Virus record (IMG/VR): IMGVR_UViG_3300047390_000093
Location: 2,566 to 66,565 of that record
Origin: a virus
Lineage: Duplodnaviria; Caudoviricetes
Strand: one strand, 5' to 3'
Length of the DNA: 64,000 nt
Below, piece after piece: positions 35,041-47,900 of this stretch. The translations under genes were made by a program, and so were the position numbers. How positions within the stretch are numbered: position 1 is the stretch's first letter; each line of letters starts with the position of its first letter. The notes under the pieces are model-generated. The model did no database searches, was not told the DNA's origin, and saw only the letters and a program-made list of their open reading frames with translations.

Positions 35041-35658
35041 ATGAGTGACGAATTAGTTTATATTGGTAGTATCCCAGACGCTGTAAGCGTTACTGATATT
35101 GGATTACAGTTTAATCACGACATTGAGTACGATCAGTGGCTAAGATTAATGGCTACTCTGCAACAGTTAACTACAGCATTTCAGTTTGCAATTGGCGACG
35201 CACTTAACTACGGACAAAAACGATACGGTGAAAAGTATGCACAGGCTATGGATGTTACTGGTTGCGCTTATCAAAGTCTTGCTAACTGGAGTTGGGTATC
35301 TAGTCATGTTCCTATTGATAACCGTGTTGCAGGTCTTAGCTGGACTCATCACAGGTTGGTCGCGAATATGGGAACGGAACAGCAAAAGCAAATCTTAGAG
35401 TCAGCAAAAGCCAGAGGTGTATCTGTTACAGAATTTGAAAGAGAATTAAAAGGGGATAAAGAAGAAGAGAAAAAACCACTCAAAGCAATTGAGATACCAA
35501 GTGGATGGACAATTGACGATGTCAATAAAGCATTGTCACTTATTAGTACAACACCAATACCATTACAAGAAGTTTATGACGCAGGACTTACTAAGTTGTC
35601 AGAAGATGATGAAGTGCAAAGAGTAAGATACTGCGATCAATGCCCATATAACCAATAG
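35041..35658 (+). CDS. LmbU-like DNA-binding regulator
   Basis: W..L...L....F.IGD.L.YG...YGEKY......TG..YQSL.NW.WV...R...LSWTHH..VA pattern. Start at ATG 35041. Confidence 0.6.
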   Translation: MSDELVYIGSIPDAVSVTDIGLQFNHDIEYDQWLRLMATLQQLTTAFQFAIGDALNYGQKRYGEKYAQAMDVTGCAYQSLANWSWVSSHVPIDNRVAGLSWTHHRLVANMGTEQQKQILESAKARGVSVTEFERELKGDKEEEKKPLKAIEIPSGWTIDDVNKALSLISTTPIPLQEVYDAGLTKLSEDDEVQRVRYCDQCPYNQ

Positions 35659-35666
35659 GATTCACA

Positions 35667-36368
35667 ATGATTACCGTGTTTAACGGCAAGTCTTTTGGCT
35701 TGTCCGGCGCGTCGTCGTCTGGGTTTGTTCAAATAGACAGGCTACTTGTTCATCATATATCCAGCTTTACTCCATCTGGATTTGTTACATTCATGGCGTT
35801 AGTTATGCATGTAGATAATGAAGGCTACTGCTGGCCAAGTATCAAGCGTTTATGTGAGTGCACTGGTTTATCCGAGACTACAGTGAAAAGTGCCCTGCAT
35901 CATTTAACAACTATGAAGATCAATGACTGCAGATTGCTTGAGATAAATGCTAGAACTTCTCCCAGTGGGAGAACAACGAGTAATGGATACAAGTTGTTTC
36001 CCGACTCCATGCAGCACAATGATGATGTAAAGGTTACATCAGTAAAGCAAGAAAAGAAGGAACTATCAAAGGAAGATGACCCAGCATTTTTTCTATACAA
36101 AGCATTTAAACGAGCACGATGGGGGATAGTGTCTGAGTCAGCAATTACAGACAAAGAATGGAAAGGTGTTCGTTTAACAATATGGCAGATGCACAAGGCT
36201 GGCATTACATCAGCTGACATAGAAGAACGAACGAGCATACTACTTAGCAAATGGAAGAATGCAGAAATGGTTACAGTTCGTTCACTGTGGAAGCATTGGG
36301 AGACATATGCTCTTCCACAGCCTTTGATTAATGGTTTACCAAAAACGATTGAGGAGTGGTTTAAATGA
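35667..36368 (+). CDS. phage replication initiator (winged HTH)
   Basis: FMAL..H.DNEGYCWPSIKRLCECTGLSETTVKSALHHL HTH_36-like motif, upstream of loader and DnaB. Confidence 0.75.
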   Translation: MITVFNGKSFGLSGASSSGFVQIDRLLVHHISSFTPSGFVTFMALVMHVDNEGYCWPSIKRLCECTGLSETTVKSALHHLTTMKINDCRLLEINARTSPSGRTTSNGYKLFPDSMQHNDDVKVTSVKQEKKELSKEDDPAFFLYKAFKRARWGIVSESAITDKEWKGVRLTIWQMHKAGITSADIEERTSILLSKWKNAEMVTVRSLWKHWETYALPQPLINGLPKTIEEWFK

Positions 36369-36799
36369 CAGCAACAGATAAGTTATTGGCAGTGCTTTCG
36401 CAACTGCCGAGTTCAATTCAATGGAATGAGACAAGCCAGACTGTGTATCGTGTAGCGATAACTGGGTGTAATGATGCCGATATTGTTTATGGATTACGGC
36501 GCATTCTTACACGTGCTAAGTTTCGACCAACACCGTCTGAGGTATTACTTGCTATTGCAATTGAAAAGTATGGCGATAAGTCACCACAGTCAGTCACAAA
36601 TGACATTGCTGAAGCAATACGCCTTGGTACTCCATACCACAAGTTGCATCCAACACTTCAGCATGTTGTAGCCAAGACTGGTGGACTAAAGGCATGGAGA
36701 GTAGAGCCTGCAGTCAAGGGGCAGCAGTTACAAGATGTGATTAACGATGTCTTACTAGTAAGGATAACGGAGTACATAGATGAACAACGCGCCGAATAG
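36365..36799 (+). CDS. putative helicase loader
   Basis: Between initiator and DnaB. KFRPTPSEV motif seen in phage loader-like proteins. Confidence 0.5.
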   Translation: MTATDKLLAVLSQLPSSIQWNETSQTVYRVAITGCNDADIVYGLRRILTRAKFRPTPSEVLLAIAIEKYGDKSPQSVTNDIAEAIRLGTPYHKLHPTLQHVVAKTGGLKAWRVEPAVKGQQLQDVINDVLLVRITEYIDEQRAE

Positions 36800-38159
36800 A
36801 AGCCTTGGTTTCAATATAGAGATCCCATCGGACGTTATGAGTGAGCAATCACTTATAGCGTCTGTTCTTCTTGGTGGGAAGAAGTTATATAAGAACGTTA
36901 CTCATATAGATAAGAGTATGTTCTATAGGGTCTCACATAGTCTTATATGGGAGGCGTATACAGCTATTGATGCATCTGGCCAAGACATAGATATCGTGAC
37001 CGTGAATGAGGAGTTAACAAAGCGTAACGCACTTGAAGCATGTGGCGGTTTAGCTTACATCATGCAATGCGCAGAACTGTTACCAACCACTTCTAACTAT
37101 GAGAGTTATGTCAAGCTAGTCATTGAGTATCACAGACGCAGAGAGATTATCTTTGCATCTGAACATGCTAGTAAGAGAGCATCTATAGGTGACGATGACA
37201 TTGAGATAATCTTGAAGGATTTAAATAACTCTGCTACGTTTATCAATTCCGGAAACTCAACAGATGATTTATCTAAATTAATATGGGATACAACCAACGA
37301 GGCTATACTCAGAGATGAAGACAAGTTGGACTTCTCGATTGCTTCAGGTTACAACGACGTAGATTCAATTACAGGAGGGTGGCGCAATGGAGAACTAATA
37401 ATACTTGGTGGCAGACCATCAATGGGTAAGTCTAGTCTTGGATTGCAATATGCATGGAATGCAGCTAAGTTCATGAGGGGCTTAGAGGACAAGACCGGGG
37501 TACTTATTATTAGTGCAGAGATGTCAAAGGACATGGTCACTGCACGTATGTTGTCAATCTACAGTGAAGTGGATAGTCAAGTTATACAGACCAAGAAGCT
37601 GAATAACTATCAGAAGGATCAGTTACACAACGTAGCTAGAGAGGCTAAGACACTTCATGTTAGGATTGTCGCAGATAAAACTGTCACCCTTGGAGGAATA
37701 CGTGACGCAATTAGAGATACCCAAAAATCATTTAATGTTGGCTTGGTGGTTGTTGATTACTTACAGATGATCGCAATGCCTAGTTCGTACAAGTCTGAGA
37801 ATAGAACTAGGGACATTGGTGTAATTAGTCGTGGGCTTAAAGATATTGCACGTGAGTTTGCGTGTCCTGTCATTGCACTATCTAGTCTCTCTCGCGCTGT
37901 AGAGCAACGACAAGACAAGCGCCCAATGATGTCTGATTTACGAGAGTCTGGTGATATCGAATCAGACGCAGATGTCATACAGTTCATATATCGTGCTGGC
38001 TACTATGAAAAGAAGAATGAAGGAGATTATGAGGAACCATCTGACAAGGCTGAAGTTATAACTGCTAAGAACAGAAACGGCAGAACCGGGGTGTCACTAC
38101 TTGAGTTCCAACCCCGGTTTGCTAAGTTTACTGACTATGGGCTAGACAGTCTTCTTTAG
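36780..38159 (+). CDS. dnaB: replicative DNA helicase
   Basis: EQSLIASVL, GGRPSMGKS, SAEM, VVDYLQM, RPMMSDLRESGDIESDAD, KNRNG. Confidence 0.96.
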   Translation: MNNAPNRSLGFNIEIPSDVMSEQSLIASVLLGGKKLYKNVTHIDKSMFYRVSHSLIWEAYTAIDASGQDIDIVTVNEELTKRNALEACGGLAYIMQCAELLPTTSNYESYVKLVIEYHRRREIIFASEHASKRASIGDDDIEIILKDLNNSATFINSGNSTDDLSKLIWDTTNEAILRDEDKLDFSIASGYNDVDSITGGWRNGELIILGGRPSMGKSSLGLQYAWNAAKFMRGLEDKTGVLIISAEMSKDMVTARMLSIYSEVDSQVIQTKKLNNYQKDQLHNVAREAKTLHVRIVADKTVTLGGIRDAIRDTQKSFNVGLVVVDYLQMIAMPSSYKSENRTRDIGVISRGLKDIAREFACPVIALSSLSRAVEQRQDKRPMMSDLRESGDIESDADVIQFIYRAGYYEKKNEGDYEEPSDKAEVITAKNRNGRTGVSLLEFQPRFAKFTDYGLDSLL

Positions 38160-38921
38160 ATAGACTTTCTTTTGGTCACTATTGACGATGCAATCAAGAT
38201 CAAAACTACGAGCAAGATCTCTGATTGTTGCATACGATTTACCGTCTCGTATAATACATTGAACGGCCAGTGGCTCACCATTGAGTACTGGCCCATCTTC
38301 CCAAGCCAGTACAATATTGTCCCCAGCGACAAGCCGAACAAAGTCACGCACAGGCGCGTAAGTCTTTCCGTTCTGCAATAAGGCAACAATGTGGTTGTCT
38401 CCATATACAATCTTCCAATCCTGCCCAGCTTGAATCAGTGACCAAGGTCTAATAAATCGAACAATATCTTTGTTGCGATTTCCATACAATGATCGGTGGG
38501 CTACTTCATATCCATTACGACTACCATCATTATTACTGTTGCCCTCAATGGATTTCCAGACACCATCCTCATCACGACCTTCAACAATCCCAATATGAAA
38601 TGCATCTTGCCTTCCATTTTTCAATGTCTTTACCAAGATAACTAAATCACCTGCCATTGGAGTTGTATGCAATACTCCATGCTTTCTAGCAACAGCCAGC
38701 CAGACATCGCAGTCTGCACTAAAACATAATGGCCAATCCAATCCACTTTTATTTTCCCACTCAGCTGCAATCCCGCTAACAAATGACGCACACCAAAAGC
38801 TACCTATAGGTGCATTAACTAGTGTGTTCCATCGGTCAATCATTGGGCCACAGTTGCTTCCAACGGGTTGCTCAGAAACCCCTATGTACTTCTGAGCAAT
38901 CTCGACAAATTGCTTTATCAT
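38142..38921 (-). CDS. endolysin: CHAP amidase plus copper-amine-oxidase-N-like tail
   Basis: WCASFVS (Cys), HIGIV (His), IEGNS. Two GKTY/GKSY-x-x-(V/I)RD repeats in the C-domain. Confidence 0.78.
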   Translation of the reverse strand: MIKQFVEIAQKYIGVSEQPVGSNCGPMIDRWNTLVNAPIGSFWCASFVSGIAAEWENKSGLDWPLCFSADCDVWLAVARKHGVLHTTPMAGDLVILVKTLKNGRQDAFHIGIVEGRDEDGVWKSIEGNSNNDGSRNGYEVAHRSLYGNRNKDIVRFIRPWSLIQAGQDWKIVYGDNHIVALLQNGKTYAPVRDFVRLVAGDNIVLAWEDGPVLNGEPLAVQCIIRDGKSYATIRDLARSFDLDCIVNSDQKKVYLKKTV

Positions 38922-41900
38922 CTTCCTAACATCTTTCCTGTAGTAAGATCACCCGGTAGGTTAATCTTAGCCGGAGGCATACGCTTCTTAACTTCGTCAG
39001 TCATAACGCCCTTATTAACTCCGCTCTCCTTCATGACTGCTCGATCAGGGAACCCCATCATTGGCTCAGATTTATTAAAAGCTGGAATTGTGTCGCTGTA
39101 TCCACCACTTTCCGGAACACCTTCAATTAATGACATCCATCCATGATTGGCAATCATATTGCTTGCATTTGGATAAGTGTATTTCTTAGTACGAGCTATG
39201 TAGTTATATGCCTTGCCGGACATAGTTCCCATCTTTCCCTTTTGCAATTCATCCATTAGATAGTAGTCGTTAAACTTAATGTCCTGTCCAAATGGACGAA
39301 TGAAAGCAGGGATAGCATACGCACTATAATCACCACTTGCGCTTTTACCTGTATTGCGCAACGTATATTCAGCCCACGCCATTGCTTCTAAGTCTCGCAA
39401 TGCATTTTGAACCTGCAGGTTTTGCGTTAACGATATGAATGATCGAGACAATCCATTTGGTGCTCTATTCAATAAATGCATTGCCCATGCAGTTGGCTGA
39501 CTATCAAACAGACCAACCTTTTTAAAAACAACGTCTATATTTTTTAGCTCTGCATTAATTCTGCGCAACTCTTTTCCGTTGTTCTCGTTTTCGGCAATGC
39601 GTTTCTCATCGTATAAAGCATCACGCCGTTGTACTAATGTACGGAACTGCCTTAAACCAACATCCTTTTGATACGCAGGTAAATCAGTAAACGTGCGTCC
39701 GTAAGCCATTTGCTTCATTAACTGTATTTGAGGCCCTAATCGATTTGCAAAGTTAGCTTGCCACATTTCTCTTGCAAACTTTGCTGCCTTATCTGGTGCG
39801 CTTAAACTTGGCTCATTAGCCGCAGCAATTAACGGACTTACGAATGTACGTTTAATAACTGTCGCTGTCTGTGGTAACGCAAACTCTAATGTGTTACCAG
39901 CACGGACAACACCATAATTGTTTTTAGAGTCGATAGGGTTCCACCATTGCTTGTTATCGAATGAAAGTATGTCGTCAACTCGTTTACCTTGAGAATTGTA
40001 TACAGGACTCATAACACGTCGCCAATCCATAAAATCAATAGGATCATGTTCCATATACTCATGTAACCTACGCTTATCCATATACATACCCAACGCTTGG
40101 AATGCTGTGCCTAACATTGCAGTTGCACCAAGAGCACTTGCACCAGTTAAAATATGTTGTTGTAATACTTCCTTGGTGCGTAATGAGCTAAACCATTTTT
40201 CTTCAGCAGATGCGTCAGCAATATCCCAGCCAACATGGAATGGATCAAGTCCACGTGTTGCAGTTCTACTAACAACATTAATTCCATCAGCCATTAATTT
40301 CTTGACAGCAGCTGGTGCATACCACTGCATCATCTGGGAGTCAAACCAGTTTGGCGATGTATACAGTGTACGAGCGTGACTATTAAATGATCGCTGTGCA
40401 TCACTCATTAACCAGTTTGTGCCAGATGGATTACCTGTAACGACATTAATAAATGTTGCGTAATCACGTTTTGCTTGAGCCTTTTGGAACGGCTTCATAA
40501 TCGTGTTGTTATCAATGTATGTTGCAAATTCCAAAAATGACTTAACACGTAGGATGTCAGTTGACAATGCACCACCGCGTTCAAACTGGTTTACGAACGG
40601 TAGTATTCTACGAGCAAGAAGTCCATCACCAAGGTTTTCAGCTTGTGTTGGCTGAATAGACACATCTTCTGGTAACAATGATGGGTCCAACAACTTACGT
40701 TGATTGTATGAATCAAACCAGTCACCATAAGTTGTCTTTAATCCATACTGTGCCAAATCATTGAAGTCATAATCCTGCCTAACTTCACGAGATGCTGTAC
40801 CCGGAATGATTCCATAGTTCAATCTATTGCCAGCAGTACCGTACTTAGTAAGGTAGTTATACATCTTAGCGTGATACTGCTTATCTCCAAATGCTAAGTC
40901 TGGTCTGTGCGCAAATGACATTGCTGCAAGTTGACCAGCCTTGCTCATTGGTCTAGCTCTTCCACCAGAAAACCACCATAAGTTTGGAAGTAATGCAGAT
41001 AGACCCCAGAACTGTGCAGCAAAATTCTTGGGATTTAATGCTGTCAACCTAAAGTTCTGCAGCATTGGCCTAGCAAAGTCAACAGACAAAACTGCCGCCT
41101 TCATTAAACTTGTAAGCTCATGATATCCACCTAAGATGAATCCACCACCACGTTTTGTAAAGTTGACTGGCCCATTCATAAGTGTATGAGCTGCACCAGC
41201 AGGTAGATTTTTTAATGCATCTACTGGTGTACTTGGTCCGGTAGGTCCATCAGCACTAAACATAGTGCGAACAGTGTAATCATAATCGCTATCTGGAATA
41301 GTGATGTAAATACTGTCATTCTTTACAGCCATCGCAACGTGTTGCATATTTGGATTAGCCTCACGTTTTACAACAACACTCTTTGGTGGTGGGACTGCAT
41401 AAGCTCTTTGTAAAGCCCAGTTAAATTGTGTTTCCTTATACTGTCTAACTAAGTCTGGATTTTTCATATCCTCCGGACTCAAAGTTAATGGAAGATCAAA
41501 GTACGCCCTCTCTGTCTCAGACATAGCTTCTAAGTCTGGTTCATGATCAGCACCATCACTCAACCACGTTCGTTTACGGTTATGGTAAACGTCTGTAGAT
41601 GACAACGCACTGTCAACATATGCCTCATTCTGTGGTCCAGATAACCGCATATATGAGGCACTCTTCTGTGCGTTCGATTTCTTCCATGTAGAAGGAATAG
41701 ATGTGTCACCGTTAATTAACGCACGTGCAACTAACAACTTGGCTATCATAACCTCACGTGGAATGATTGCAGTATTAGTAGCATTACGTATCGCATTTGG
41801 ATCTGCATCAGGATTATTAGCAAATGCTAAACGCATCAAGTGATTGATCGCTTGTGTTTGTAAGCGTTGATTGTTTACAATCTCACCATCATCCTTGGTG

Positions 41901-44900
41901 TATTGAGATTTATAACCGTGCTTGAGAGGTACTAATGTAACTTCTTCACTAGGGTCATAAGCGTAGGACCTGCGTCCACCTTCAGCTATTGGCTTTCGAC
42001 TTACACGGAAGAAGTTTAAGCCGGGTTGGGTTTGATTGTTGTCAATACCAAATGGGCGAATGATATCAATGCTATCCGTAGATGAACTAATTAAATCATT
42101 GTATTCACGAGAAGTAAGAAACACATCGCCAATTTCTCTATTGAATGCATTTTTCTTCATGTCATCTGCTCGCATACGAACAGGTGTGTGCTCAGGATTG
42201 TATAACGCCATTGTCCTACTAAATGGCGAATGATCAAGAATCTGATCTCTTCCAAAATCAAATGCAGCACTTTCAACAAAGTTCTCAGGGTTATTTAAAT
42301 TAACTCTATACAGAGCACCTTCTTTATCCCGGATAATGACAGCGTCATTTGTAGGGAATGACTTCTCTCCTACTAAAGACCAATCTTTCCATGCATATAA
42401 AGCTCTGCCGATCTCACGACTCTGAGCATCAAGAGCATGAGAAACCGACATGAATTCAGCATAAGCACTGTTACGTGCATGCATAGCATTTTGGTAATTA
42501 GTTGCTGCTTCTGGGTCGTTATCTACATCACCATAATCATCTGGGTTTGTTGATGAAGACAACCGATCTAAGAAGTTTGCTTTACCTGCTACAGAATTCC
42601 CATATACAACATTCATCAATGTGTCTAATACATACGCACTAGTCATTGGTTTTGATTGTTGTAAATCTAAATCAGATTTTAATTCTCCCGTTTCAAGTAT
42701 TGGCCCAATGACATTGTCATAGAAATTAGTTGCACGAGTGGCAATATCCATTGCGTCAACATTGTTGATTGCTAATTTCTCATTACGTAATAGGTTATGT
42801 ACTAAGTCTGTAGTTTGGAATTCACGACCATCTTGTAAGGTCACTGTTGTAGGAATGTCATACTTTGACATGATGCTATCTAATCGCTCACGCCTATCAG
42901 CGCGAATACTTCCACGTGTGTTGACTTCAGAATATGCATTAATCAACTTGGTTCTCAGAACATTTAAATCTTCGGAACCACCAAGCATAGCTTGGAATAC
43001 TGAGAACATAGCCTCCTGTTCAGGGCTACCCTGTTGAATAATCCAACTGTTAGTCTGTACAGCTTGATTGCGATCATGTCTAAATAAACCATTGTCTGCA
43101 ATGTATGGTGATAGAACCGTACTAATTGCATTGTCAAGTCTGGACACAAAAGCTTCACCTGCTTCAGTTGGAACAACAGTTCCATCATCAAGTTTAACCG
43201 AGTATCTATTGCTTACGATTTGATCTAAAAGTGCATCAAATTGATTAGCTCCGTCAATAATTTGTGGCTGCATAGACATACGTGTAGCAGACACAGCCTT
43301 GTATTCAGGACTTGCAAAGTAGCGATCAAGCGATTCACCTAATGGAACCGATGTGCGCATTGTAAAACTGCTTGCGTTATTGGAGAGCAGTCGCTTTTCT
43401 AAATCAAGTTGTTTTTTCCATCGGACATTTCCAACAGCATCATACAAAACTGTATTAATTTTTCGATGCGTATCATAAATGAGAGCCGAAAACTTAGGGT
43501 CAAACTCTTGAGTGTAGCCAACTAAAATTGGGTCGTAAGTACTTCTGTTCTGTTCCGCAAATGCTTTTTCACCAACTAAGAATCTAACCTGTGATCTAAA
43601 TTCTCTGTCACCAACAGTAATTACAGCTGGTGCTTCAACTACATAAGCATATTCATGCTGACCAGCAATAGCATAACGGTACGCTTTAGGATCTTCTGTG
43701 TTAGCACGTAATCGCGGAACAAACCAACCATCGTTATCAGTTTCTCCACGTACCCACGTATTAACTCCGTCGTAATACGCTGGTTCATAGCCAGTTAAAC
43801 GAGCCTGTGATGGGGATTGAGTCGTAGTCTTTGCAATCATATCTACAACACGACCCGTGTATTCCTTGGTTGGCATACTTTGCGGGCTAATAATGCGTGT
43901 GTTGTATCGATTCTTAAATGGGTTAACTTGTACAGTTTGTATTAACCCCGGATTCTCAAGCAAGTACCTACGCAACGTAGGGTCAGAGAATGGCAGGTGA
44001 ATAGATTGATCTCCAACAGTATGTTGGAAACCAAACATGTAAGGACTACCACCAAATTCAATGTCATTAGCCTGAACACTTTTAATTGAACGCATCATTT
44101 GAACTGGGCTAACAACTTCCGATTGCATTGTGTCGCGAGTTGGCACAGACACACGTAAGAAGTTACCCTTTTGCATTTGAGCAAAGTTTAATTCTCTGTA
44201 AAAAGGTCCACGTGGAGTATCAACACGACCAAAGATATAGTCTTGGTTCAAGTGCGTCTGTGGAAGCGTGTACTTCTGCATTGGTACTGGCATATACCAT
44301 GCAGCATGTGGAGAACCCTTCTCGTCGTAAATAACATCTAATGGATGTTGATTATGAATCTGGCGCATGACATAACGTAATGTCGAACGCATTTGCTGGA
44401 ATACAGATAATGTAGCACTATCAATGGATGCTGCAGCATTCCTACTTTGAACAACCGTGTAGTCTGTAATGAAGTTCAACATGCCTGTCACAAATTTTTC
44501 GTGACCATGACTGATCCATCCGTTCGCTAAATCCTCACCACGATACGTAATACCAGACAACGGCTTCAATGCATCTTCTAAGGTCTTAGCTTTACCAGAC
44601 ATTAATGCTTCACGTGCAACTTTAATTTGAAGAGCTAGTGCCATTTCCGGATTATTGAATCTATCAATTTGTTTTTGCACTGCTGGCTTACCAGCTTCAA
44701 CGCGTTCTGCTACGGATACTCTATCTGTTGAAGAAATAGTTCTAGCTAAACGACCTAACTCGTCAGTCATTGTTTGATCCATGAGTGATGAACCAGACAC
44801 TAATGAATCTAAGAATTCAACCTGTGTGCTGTCAGCCATACCCGTAAACAACGGGTGGAACATCTCGTGTGTAAGTGTAAGAGCAGTTCGATATGGACTG

Positions 44901-47900
44901 TTTTTCTTACTGCCAATATAGATCAATGACTTAATCGCACGTCCTTGGTTATGAGCCAACGATTGAGTAAATCCAAACACATCACGCTTATCAGCAGTTA
45001 CACGTCGAGCGGTCGCTCCAACTTCATCAAGCAAATCCTGATTGGTGATCAAAACCTTATTGTGTTTGGTGTAATAGTCTTTCTTGTATTTTGCAGTTAG
45101 GTACGTCAATGCATAATTCTTCTGTTCTGGGGTCACACTTGTTCCAGTTAAGAATAGGTTTACATTAACTTGTGGTTGTAAGAAGTCATTTAATGCGGAG
45201 TTAGAAACACCAGTTATTCTTAATGCCTCGGCAACCTCATCCTTAAACTCACGTGAATGATTAGCACTTAACTTTATTGCTAGTTGTTCACGTGCATAAC
45301 TCAAAGCATTAATGTCATACATTGCTGCTAAGTTATCAGCATACTCCTCCATTGCAGCTGCTTCATTAGCCTTAGAAACTTTTTGCCTAACAGCAATGAC
45401 GTCTCCACCAGTTTCAGCATGTTTTGTGTATGCATCCTTAATACTAGTTAGCGTTTCAATAGTACTTGCGTTATCTGGCGTAGCAGGTATTCCATCAATC
45501 ACTCCTGAGTACAGCGTACTTAACCGACCCGCCATCTCTGGCGATACCTGCGTTATGACATGAGGGACATAACCTAAGTTGATTTTGGAATGTGCTTCGT
45601 TTAAACTTGAATAATCTACACTGGCAAATGAACTTTCAGATGAAAGACGTAGTGGGATTCCAGCTTGTTTTAAAGATGCGAGTATACGTCGTGCAGTAAA
45701 TGCAGGATCAGCACTAGTAGATATAACAGGCCTTGCTCCTATATCAGCCAGTCTAGTTGTCGAATTACGAACACGCGCATTTGTATCTGGATTAATGTCC
45801 TTTAGAATCCCTTGCACAATCTTCATTGCGTCATCTGGTGATTCTCCATTTAGAAGGTTTAATCTCTCAACTGCCCTATTCGCCCAAACATCATAGTACT
45901 CAGATACTTTACTTCCCGGATAACCACGTATGTCAGGCATATTCTTCAGTAAATCTGCTGCAACCCTTAGTGCTTCATAAGCTGGATTGTTTTTACTTGT
46001 TGCCGTGTATCTAGTAACAGTACTCTTTATGATTCCGTCTATTAATCCAGCGACATCATCATCAATGGGTAAGTCCAAGAACTTTCCACCAACTGCCTCT
46101 AACTTATCGGCAATATACATTGGTGATACGTATGTGTCATTGACTAATTTAGTTACGGTGTCTCCTGAACGACTTAGTACTTCTGTTGCGTGTTGTGCAT
46201 CCGCGTCACTAAATGCCTTAGCCAACATGCTACGCATTAAGATTCGCATGCCCTCAAAGTTTTGAGCACTATAAGCAACGATCTGATCATCAGGAGATTC
46301 AATCATTCCATCAAAGGCGTTTGGCCCTTGTGATTTAACAAGCTCCTGAACAATATCTGGTGAAGTAGAGACAAATGCTCGCATGTCATCTGGAACTTGG
46401 TCAATGTTCCCAAATGTCATGTCTCCATCATTTACAATAGTTGGCTCTGTATCTTCAACCTTGTTGTACGCATCTACCCTTGCAATTAACTCAGCTACGT
46501 TTTGACTAATGCCATATTGATTAGCAAATACTTCTGGTCGCAAATCGCCTGCTTGTAAACGTATGACATCAGATAATGAAGCACGTGCTATCACATCGGA
46601 CGTTGTGCCAGAAACTCGCAATCGCCTGACGCTGTCTTCTAGCATGATATTTTGCGCGGCATATGTAACTGTCAAGTCATTCTTGATGCTGTTACTAATC
46701 TCGGAATCTGATGGGAGTAACGATGTAAACTTTCCATAAACAGAAAGCATTACATCCATGCCGATTTGATCAGATGACACATCACCTAATAATTTGATCA
46801 CTCGGTTAATAGCATAATCGTAATTTTCATACATAAACCGACGATCGTTTGTTGTGCCAGTATTCTTTAAAGTCTTACGTTCTTGTGCAAGTCTAGCTTG
46901 CTCAGCATTCAATTGTATTTGTAGAGACGTAGCTTCTTCTGGTGTGGCAGACGCAATTTTCGACGTTAATGATTTTATTCGTTCTTCAATAAGACGTATG
47001 TCTGTGCCTGTTACATCTGTGACACTAGTCATTACTGGTTCTGTATCAGCAGACATTGCATCAAACGATGTTGTAGTACTTACTTGATCTCTTCGACTGA
47101 TTGCACTTTGCAAATCATTCAGGACATCAAACACAGATGTTACTGCAACATTTAAATCTGAATTGTCATATACAGAATAAGAGCCATCATCTTCAACCTC
47201 ATATCTGAATGAAGTGTCTGACTCATTACCTGTCATAAACGCCGCTGAAATCTGCTCTGTTTCATCAGCATCAGCAGGACGCTTAACTGGCGGTTGTACT
47301 TCTTTTATTATTCCGAGCGTATCTCTAACTGACGCTATTCGACTATTAAATGTATCGATGACAAACGTGTCAAGTTCATCATATAACGCCGTGATTTTAT
47401 CTGCGTTTAATTTACGGTCTTTTTTTAAATCATCAATGCGCTCCCTGATGCTTGTAAATCTAGGGTCTGACTCAATAAATGAAACAATTGATCGTAAATC
47501 TGTGTTGGTCGTAAATATTTTACGTGCGTTATTTTTAAAAACCTGCACGTATACTTCGTGCGCACGTATTTGCGCCTCTGACATTGACATGCCTGATTCA
47601 CGTGCAGCTCGTGCGGTAGATTCTCTATATGCTTGATCAGCACTGGCAACACGTAGGTTGGCAGGTTGATCTTTCTTTATCTCGCCATTAACTTCTACGT
47701 CACTAAACAAACGTAATTGTCGCTTGCCATCTTTATCGTATGCTCTAAGTAATTCAATTTCCTGATCACTAAGAGAATCAAGTAGCTCATTAATTCTATT
47801 TACTTTGTCAATAGCAGCCTGACGCTGTGTCTCTGGTATACGAATATCACCAGCAATGCCATCTACAATTTGCTGATACATACCTCTAATTTCTGGAGCA

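Noticed and set aside
36024-36040. GATGTAA-AGG-TTACATC palindrome inside the initiator gene as the replication origin
   Set aside because: Single 7-bp inverted repeat with no iteron array or adjacent AT-rich unwinding element visible.
42515-42532. GDVDND as a DxDxD RNA-polymerase catalytic motif in the giant protein
   Set aside because: It lacks the aromatic and flanking context of (NA)DFDGD or crAss DFDID and sits in an acidic low-complexity loop. Chance occurrence is likely in 4534 aa.
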